DNA from: Pseudanabaena phage Pan1 | Length of the DNA: 40,000 nt | Direction: 5' to 3' (one strand) | Sequence record: ON968452.1 | Shown: positions 35,213-40,000 of the stretch, in pieces | Numbering within the stretch: position 1 is the stretch's first letter | How the letters are laid out: each line of letters begins with the position of its first letter | Notes under the pieces: generated by a model | What the model saw: only the letters and a program-made list of their open reading frames with translations | What the model was told of the DNA's origin: nothing | Database searches by the model: none | Position numbers and translations under genes: made by a program

Positions 35213-36700
35213 ATGTCCGAGAAGGACACCAACCCGAAGGACGCCATCGGGACCAAGAAGTGGCGTCAGTTTTTCGTCGTCCCGCGCCAGGTGATGTGGG
35301 AAGTCGGCGTCGGCATGCTCGAAGGCGCGCTGAAGTACGGTCGCCACAACTACCGCGGCGCTGGTGTTCGCGCGTCGGTCTACTGCGACGCGGCCTTGGG
35401 GCACATCGAGCAGTTCATCGAAGGCGAGGACATCGACAAGGACTCCGGCCTGTCGCACGTCACGAAGGCCATCTGCTCGCTCGTCGTCCTGCGTGATGCC
35501 ATGATGAATGACTTCTGGACGGACGACCGCCCGCCGAAGATCGCGAACCTGGACGCACTGCGTGATCGGCTCCAGCGTAAGGTCGAGGAAAACTTCGAGC
35601 GGTACGCGGACAAGTCGCCGCATCACTACACCGAAGTTGAAGATGGGTCGCCGTATCGTGTCGCTCGCACGCGCGACGAGATGAACGCTCTGCCCGGACG
35701 TGTCGAACCCGCGCCCATCCGCGAACTCGCCTCCCGGGACCTCGAGATCGGGAAGTGGTATCGCGCGGCACGCTACCCGAACAAGGAACCCGCGCCCGAA
35801 GACCTCGAGCCGTGGAAGATCATCGGCAAGCGCAAGATCGACGGCTGTCCGCTCGCTGTCCGCGCATCGTTCAAGGCCGACCACAAGGGCATTCCGCTGT
35901 CGATGTCTCACACCTGGTTCGAGGTCGATCCGCCCGCTCGCGACATGTGGGGCGCGTCTGTGGTCGACGTGCAGGACGAGGCGATCCTTGCAACCGCAGC
36001 GCCTTGCAATGACGAGATGCAAGGGAATGCCTATGCGCGGATCCTGTATCGCACGGATGAGCTCGAGATCGGCAAGTGCTATCGCGTCGCGGCCTATGAG
36101 GACGGTCGTCCTGCACCTCGCACCTACCAGTCGTTCGAGATCGTGTCGAACGTCGATGGTCGCGCCTGTGGCAAGTCGTTGTCGGGTGACACCTATCCGC
36201 TGCAGGATAACGCCTACTGGGAGCGGGCTGATGACCGGGAACTCGAGATCCAGATCTGCGGCGAGGTGTACCAGGGTCACTTGACCGTGGGCCCTGTCGC
36301 GGTCATCGAGAAGCTGCTCGCAGACACGACGTGGCTCCCGATGAAGAAGATCCCGCAGCTGATGTCCGCGGATCCCGGTCACTGGGTGAAGGAGCATCCT
36401 CAGTCGAAGCGGTATGATGTCGACCACGTCTTCGATTGCCTGACCCAGGCCCAGCTCGACCGTCTCGTGCGGAAAGAGGCGGAGCTCTGCGGTATCGTCG
36501 TCAACGAGGCACCGTCGGGAACGGAAATGTGGAACGCGGTCGCTCGCCGCGTGCTGCTGCGTCTCATGACGCGGGCTCCGCTGTGGCACTCGATCGAGTT
36601 CGCGACGGGTGGTCAGGCACGGCGCTTCTCGCGTCTGCGCGGTGAGGAGTGGTTCGTTGCCATCCCTGGATGCCGCGTGACGCCGGAGGTTGCATCGTGA
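35213..36700 (+). CDS. DUF5664-like dATP/dGTP diphosphohydrolase with an extended C-terminal region containing an internal repeat
   Basis: NPKDAIGTKKWRQFFVVP...GALKYGRHNYRGAGVRASVYCDAALGHIEQFIEGEDIDKDSGLSHVTKAICSLVVLRDAM...DDRPP; C-terminal LEIGKWYRAA and LEIGKCYRVA repeats. Confidence 0.7.
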   Translation: MSEKDTNPKDAIGTKKWRQFFVVPRQVMWEVGVGMLEGALKYGRHNYRGAGVRASVYCDAALGHIEQFIEGEDIDKDSGLSHVTKAICSLVVLRDAMMNDFWTDDRPPKIANLDALRDRLQRKVEENFERYADKSPHHYTEVEDGSPYRVARTRDEMNALPGRVEPAPIRELASRDLEIGKWYRAARYPNKEPAPEDLEPWKIIGKRKIDGCPLAVRASFKADHKGIPLSMSHTWFEVDPPARDMWGASVVDVQDEAILATAAPCNDEMQGNAYARILYRTDELEIGKCYRVAAYEDGRPAPRTYQSFEIVSNVDGRACGKSLSGDTYPLQDNAYWERADDRELEIQICGEVYQGHLTVGPVAVIEKLLADTTWLPMKKIPQLMSADPGHWVKEHPQSKRYDVDHVFDCLTQAQLDRLVRKEAELCGIVVNEAPSGTEMWNAVARRVLLRLMTRAPLWHSIEFATGGQARRFSRLRGEEWFVAIPGCRVTPEVAS

Positions 36701-36891
36701 CGCGCCGCGAACGCATCTGCCAGCAGCGGGCGCTTGCTCGCGAAGCCATCGGAAAGCTGCGTGCCATCGAGGAACTTTTCTCGGCTGAGGAAGACCATCT
36801 GACGGACGAGAGTGGACTCGACTGGGAGGCGTTCAGTCAGAAGGTGGACGATCTCGAGGCATGGATCTTTGACGAAGGACCGCTTGCATGA
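36697..36891 (+). CDS. Hypothetical small protein (GTG start)
   Basis: GTGA overlap with the previous stop. Confidence 0.45.
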   Translation: MTRRERICQQRALAREAIGKLRAIEELFSAEEDHLTDESGLDWEAFSQKVDDLEAWIFDEGPLA

Positions 36892-36950
36892 AGGTCTCGG
36901 ATCTTGCGGAACGTGGTTGGGTGCGACTGTTCGAGGACGTGCCTTTCTGA
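36888..36950 (+). CDS. Possible 20-aa mini-ORF
   Basis: ATGA overlap; MKVSDLAERGWVRLFEDVPF. Too short to be certain. Confidence 0.2.
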   Translation: MKVSDLAERGWVRLFEDVPF

Positions 36951-36960
36951 CCTAGAATCA

Positions 36961-37034
36961 ACGTCAAGCGGGTTTTGAGGATATAACTTGCTTATCTGGA
37001 CCCGCTTGACGTGTGACTATAACTTGGTTATATT
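36961..37034 (+). promoter_or_regulatory. Complex control region with operator-like sites G and H and a sigma70-like promoter
   Basis: 13-bp arms ACGTCAAGCGGGT (36961-36973) / ACCCGCTTGACGT (37000-37012) flank ATAACTTGCTTAT (36983-36995). TTGACG (37006-37011), 17 bp, TATATT (37029-37034) overlaps ATAACTTGGTTAT (37019-37031). Confidence 0.65.
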
Positions 37035-37067
37035 GCCTGCATCAACTGCTCAACGGAGGGTCTTGTC

Positions 37068-37205
37068 ATGATCAAGCAGATGGAACAGTGGATCCTGTTG
37101 TCGGCCGTCGTGGTCGTCGGTGGGATGTTCGCGGTCGACTATGTCTCGGGCCTGATCGAGGCTGAGTCGGTGCGCATTGCCGCGACGATTGCCGCGCAGA
37201 ACTGA
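37068..37205 (+). CDS. Small membrane protein (45 aa)
   Basis: CAACGGAGGGTC RBS; MIKQMEQWILLSAVVVVGGMFAVDYVSGLIEAESVRIAATIAAQN; absent from the ORF track. Confidence 0.5.
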   Translation: MIKQMEQWILLSAVVVVGGMFAVDYVSGLIEAESVRIAATIAAQN

Positions 37206-37212
37206 GGCGCGG

Positions 37213-37400
37213 AAACTGCGTTACGCGTGCGCGACGCTGAGCGGCAGAAAGTTTGAGACCCCCATGCAGGGTGCAGGGTCTGCATGCTTGCAGTGATTGC
37301 AAGTGGTTAGCAGGACCGCCCGTGCAGGGTGCGTGCAGGGTGATTCCAGAGCCTGGATGATCAGAATACCGGTTTCGGTTCGAGTTCGCGTGCGCACGCG
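37213..37400. repeat. Regulatory/replication-like repeat module, right copy
   Basis: AAACTGCGTTACGCGTGCGCGA (37213-37234); GCAGGGT at 37266, 37273, 37324 and 37335; GGATGATCA (37355-37363); GTGCGCACGCG (37390-37400). Confidence 0.7.
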
Positions 37401-37463
37401 CGAAAGTTCTGCGCTGCTGGACGACTTTCCTGGGTAGTTTCGCCCGCGGACCTTGAATACTGG

Positions 37464-37500
37464 TTGGTCGGGTCCTCGTCGCTGGGTATAAGCGAGTTAG
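37464..37500 (+). promoter_or_regulatory. Sigma70-like promoter overlapping inverted operator-like dyad (site I)
   Basis: TTGGTC (37464-37469), 17 bp, TATAAG (37487-37492); ATAAGCGAGTTAG at 37488-37500 is a 12/13 reverse-complement match to ATAACTCGCTTAT. Confidence 0.5.
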
Positions 37501-37547
37501 GTTCTCCGCTAGAGAGTTCTGGACCTTCTACCTTATTCGAGGCGAAC

Positions 37548-37985
37548 GTGGGCGAGGAAATAGTCAAACGGGTGGCGGCTGACGGCACGCAACGGGGTCT
37601 TGCCCGTCGCGGGTCGAAGAACAAGCGCACCCTCCTGCTGGAAGCCATCCAGGAGGCAGTCGAACGTGACTCTGGAGTCAAGAACTGGGATCCCGTGGTG
37701 ATGATGTCGGTCGTTGCCGCCCGCGCCTTCCATGGCTACCCCGCAACCGACGAGGAAGGACGCCCGATCCTCGACGAAAAGGGGCAGCAGGTGATGGTTC
37801 CTCCTGATCCCGCGCTCGCCGTCGCAGCGGCCGCGAAGGTCGCACCCTATATCCACTCCCAACTGCGTCCTCGCGAGGACGGCGACGATGGGGACAGCGA
37901 CCGCGATCCTTCGGAAGTTCGCGACAAGGTCCTGACCGCGTTCGAGAACATGGGGGTCAAGATCGAAAGGCACGACCATGGTTGA
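37548..37985 (+). CDS. Putative small terminase subunit / packaging protein (GTG start proposed)
   Basis: GLARRGSKNKRTLLLEAIQEAVERD...; position before holin-like and late-type genes. Family call tentative. Confidence 0.4.
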   Translation: MGEEIVKRVAADGTQRGLARRGSKNKRTLLLEAIQEAVERDSGVKNWDPVVMMSVVAARAFHGYPATDEEGRPILDEKGQQVMVPPDPALAVAAAAKVAPYIHSQLRPREDGDDGDSDRDPSEVRDKVLTAFENMGVKIERHDHG

Positions 37986-38223
37986 GGAAGTCGAGGACCT
38001 GCTCCTTCGGAAGTCGATCAAGTGGCGAACGGCCGCGGGCTGGGTCCTCGTGCTCATCCTGATCTGGCGCTACCTCGCGCATCCCGTCGCGTCCACCTTC
38101 CTGGTTGCATCTGGAAATCCGCCCCTCGCACCTTTGGATCCCATTGCGTGGGAGGACGTTCTCGCTATCATCGGCCTTCCTGTAGGCGGCGCCTTCGCCG
38201 ACCGCATGTCGAAGGAGAACTGA
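37978..38223 (+). CDS. Holin-like membrane protein (3TM-holin type)
   Basis: KWRTAAGWVLVLILIWRYLAHPVASTFL...PPLAPLDPIAWEDVLAIIGLPVGGAFADRMSKEN. Confidence 0.5.
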   Translation: MVEEVEDLLLRKSIKWRTAAGWVLVLILIWRYLAHPVASTFLVASGNPPLAPLDPIAWEDVLAIIGLPVGGAFADRMSKEN

Positions 38224-38224
38224 C

Positions 38225-38392
38225 GTGACCTGGCATCCCCGCCGCTACTTCCGCTCCCGCCCGACCTCGATCCTGGGCTGTCTGTTCCTTGCGTGGGCGC
38301 TCGCTCGCAACGCTCAGAAAGCCTTCCACGACGGGCGGCAGCTGATCATCTACCCGACCATGCCCGACCAGATGGAGAACTACCATGTCTGA
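38225..38392 (+). CDS. Hypothetical small protein (GTG start)
   Basis: Fills the gap; overlaps the next ATG. Confidence 0.35.
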   Translation: MTWHPRRYFRSRPTSILGCLFLAWALARNAQKAFHDGRQLIIYPTMPDQMENYHV

Positions 38393-38636
38393 CTTCGTTA
38401 CCGGCGCCTTGGGCGCCATTGCCGTTGTGGCGCTGCTCTTCTTCCTCGTCATCCTCACCACGCTCATGGGCGCGGTCGCAGGCTGGGCGGTGGGACTGTT
38501 CTTCGAGCAGACGATCCTCAGCACCCTCGCACGCTTCGGCGTCAACGTCGCAGGCCTTACCATGTGGCAGCTTGGTGCGACCCTCGCCTTCGTCGGGTCG
38601 TTCTTCAAGGCTGCAACCACCGTGAAGGCGAAGTGA
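38385..38636 (+). CDS. Membrane protein
   Basis: Hydrophobic segments IAVVALLFFLVILTTLMGAVAGWAVGLFF and MWQLGATLAFVGSFF. Confidence 0.55.
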   Translation: MSDFVTGALGAIAVVALLFFLVILTTLMGAVAGWAVGLFFEQTILSTLARFGVNVAGLTMWQLGATLAFVGSFFKAATTVKAK

Positions 38637-38637
38637 G

Positions 38638-38823
38638 ATGCTCGACGCGCTGAAGCACATGTGGGGACGCGCCTCGGTCATCGAGCGCTTCCTCCTCGTC
38701 ATCTTGCCCCCGTGCATCGTGTGGGACCTGTTCCGCGGCAACATCTTGGACCTCATCGTGGCCATCATGGTAGTGTCCTGGTTGGTGTGGGACCTGAACC
38801 GGGAGGACTCCGACCGTGGGTGA
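38638..38823 (+). CDS. Small membrane protein
   Basis: FLLVILPPCIVWDLF and ILDLIVAIMVVSWLVW. Confidence 0.55.
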   Translation: MLDALKHMWGRASVIERFLLVILPPCIVWDLFRGNILDLIVAIMVVSWLVWDLNREDSDRG

Positions 38824-39157
38824 GATCGACGTGACCAAGCAGGTGACCTTGTCGCTCACGGTCAGCCTGCGGCAGGCCCTGATCCAGTCTCTGGTGGACA
38901 TGATCCCGAAGCAGTTCATCGAGGCGGTGGTCATCGGGCTCCTGCGTCGTGATGCGACCACCCGGTGCGTCCTTGCCGAGGAGCTCGGTGAGCAGGCCCT
39001 GAGTGAGCACGAGGCGGACACCAAGGCCCAGCAGATCTACGACGCGAACAAGGGCAACGGCTGCGAACCCCCGACCGAGAAGTCCTGGGACCAGATCATG
39101 ATCGAGGTCCTTGACCGCATGGCCGACACCCCGGGCGGTCGGGGCGAAGTGGACTGA
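38816..39157 (+). CDS. Hypothetical protein
   Basis: GTG/ATG start region overlapping the upstream gene. Confidence 0.5.
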   Translation: MGEIDVTKQVTLSLTVSLRQALIQSLVDMIPKQFIEAVVIGLLRRDATTRCVLAEELGEQALSEHEADTKAQQIYDANKGNGCEPPTEKSWDQIMIEVLDRMADTPGGRGEVD

Positions 39158-39160
39158 CCC

Positions 39161-39397
39161 ATGAGGCCCTCCGACCGCATCGACTCAGCAGACGGTGCGG
39201 TCAGTATCCCGCTCGATGAGGACCTCAGTCCCGACATCTTCGCCCTCAACTGCGCGGTGTCGGGCTGGGTCTACTTCATCGGGCGCAACAACCTCCCGGG
39301 ATCCGTCTACGTCGCGGCAGGCATCGCGTTCCCATTGCGCGTCCGCCGCGTTCTCTCTGAGGGCACAACCGCCCAAGGCCTTCGGGGGTTGGTATGA
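39161..39397 (+). CDS. Hypothetical small protein
   Basis: Operon context. Confidence 0.45.
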   Translation: MRPSDRIDSADGAVSIPLDEDLSPDIFALNCAVSGWVYFIGRNNLPGSVYVAAGIAFPLRVRRVLSEGTTAQGLRGLV

Positions 39398-39612
39398 TCG
39401 GGGTAGGCGTCACGCCCAGCCTCTCGGGCGCTCTCGGCCTGATCAATGGGACCAAGCCCGACGACGTTGTGCTTGTGACGAGTGACGGTAGACAGATCAC
39501 CCGGGATCTTGTTAAGATACTGGTACGCTACCGGGTAGCTGCTAAGGCGCCCCAGTTCACCCCCAGGCCTTGCTCGAACGGGCGGGCCTATTGCTTGAGG
39601 AGTACCCAATGA
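39394..39612 (+). CDS. Hypothetical small protein
   Basis: ATGA overlap. Confidence 0.45.
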   Translation: MIGVGVTPSLSGALGLINGTKPDDVVLVTSDGRQITRDLVKILVRYRVAAKAPQFTPRPCSNGRAYCLRSTQ

Positions 39613-39761
39613 CCTGGCTTTCTGCAATCCGCGCGGCGATCCGTGCCTTCATCATCGAACGCGAGACCCAGGGCGTCGTCCAAAGCATCGTCAATGGTGG
39701 CCTGACCGCCACGGACGAGGCGATCATCGACGCCTACCTTGCGCAGCCTGTGACTCCGTGA
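39609..39761 (+). CDS. Hypothetical small protein
   Basis: Overlaps neighbours by 4 nt and 1 nt. Confidence 0.45.
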   Translation: MTWLSAIRAAIRAFIIERETQGVVQSIVNGGLTATDEAIIDAYLAQPVTP

Positions 39762-40000
39762 TGAGTAGCCAGACCTCGCTCCTGCCCGACGTTCGCGAAC
39801 GTGCCCGCACGTTTAAACGCCCGAGCAAGAAGGTAGTCGAGGTCTGGTACCGCGCAAAAGGACCGAGCACCTGGTTCAAGGACTGGGCCCGCTTCGGTAA
39901 ATACCGTGACGATGCGACGGCGCAGCAGGTCCTGCGTCAGAAGTCATCGGACCCCTACTTCGAGTACGAGATCAGATGCCCTTCGACTTCTCGGTCCTAA
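39761..40000 (+). CDS. Hypothetical protein upstream of the next large gene
   Basis: ATG at 39761, TAA at 39998-40000; contains a GTTTAAAC site. Confidence 0.5.
   Translation: MSSQTSLLPDVRERARTFKRPSKKVVEVWYRAKGPSTWFKDWARFGKYRDDATAQQVLRQKSSDPYFEYEIRCPSTSRS
39810..39819. promoter_or_regulatory. CGTTTAAACG palindrome site 9
   Basis: In CDS; ACG-TTT-AAA-CGC. Confidence 0.6.
39976..40000 (+). CDS. Start of the next gene (MPFDFSVL..., truncated by the window edge)
   Basis: In-frame ATG overlapping the previous ORF; identity cannot be judged. Confidence 0.3.

Noticed and set aside
35174-36589. 471-aa minus-strand ORF opposite the DUF5664-like gene
   Set aside because: The + strand ORF has a family signature, RBS and tight overlaps; the minus ORF does not.
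37266-37341. GCAGGGT repeats as a CRISPR array
   Set aside because: Units are only 7 bp, some directly abutting, with no regular unique spacers.
1958-37500. ATAACTCGCTTAT dyads as simple -10 boxes
   Set aside because: The best -10 hexamer falls in different registers, and the conserved 13-bp dyad extends beyond any one -10.
3112-39819. GTTTAAAC as host CtrA-type sites (TTAA-N7-TTAA)
   Set aside because: Only one TTAA per site at the copies checked; no second half-site at 7-nt spacing.
1-40000. tRNA genes
   Set aside because: I did not recognise a convincing T-loop plus acceptor-stem combination; not a substitute for tRNAscan-SE.

Overview
This 40 kb window is part of a GC-rich double-stranded DNA tailed-phage genome. 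Genes are densely packed and almost all on the + strand. It starts inside a tail/host-specificity gene, followed by an overlapping Rz/Rz1-like spanin pair and the only convincing minus-strand gene, a small HTH protein. Next comes a large early/middle region with ThyX, an SNF2-like helicase, an SSB-like protein, an archaeo-eukaryotic-type primase, UvrD-like helicases, a HAD nucleotidase, a putative sliding clamp, a DnaX-like clamp loader, a family A DNA polymerase, a dCMP deaminase, two predicted dATP/dGTP pyrophosphohydrolases and an SprT-like protease. After that are many small accessory ORFs and the start of a packaging/late module. The main biological system is a complete preQ1-type 7-deazaguanine pathway (QueD, QueC, FolE, QueF, QueE) with a DpdA-like DNA transglycosylase and a linked Cys-cluster protein that could be a tailoring enzyme. 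The QueD lacks two of the three canonical zinc-binding histidines. Three regulatory patterns are not explained by the genes: (1) nine copies of the palindrome CGTTTAAAC[G/A], six inside genes in two different reading phases and using the rare TTA codon; (2) nine copies or variants of a 13-bp dyad ATAACTCGCTTAT overlapping promoter-like elements, one just upstream of the HTH gene; (3) a conserved module (22-bp exact repeat, GCAGGGT iterons, GGATGATCA, GTGCGCACGCG) upstream of both the early (thyX) and the putative late/packaging units. Calls come from reading the supplied ORF translations and nucleotides; no database search was run.
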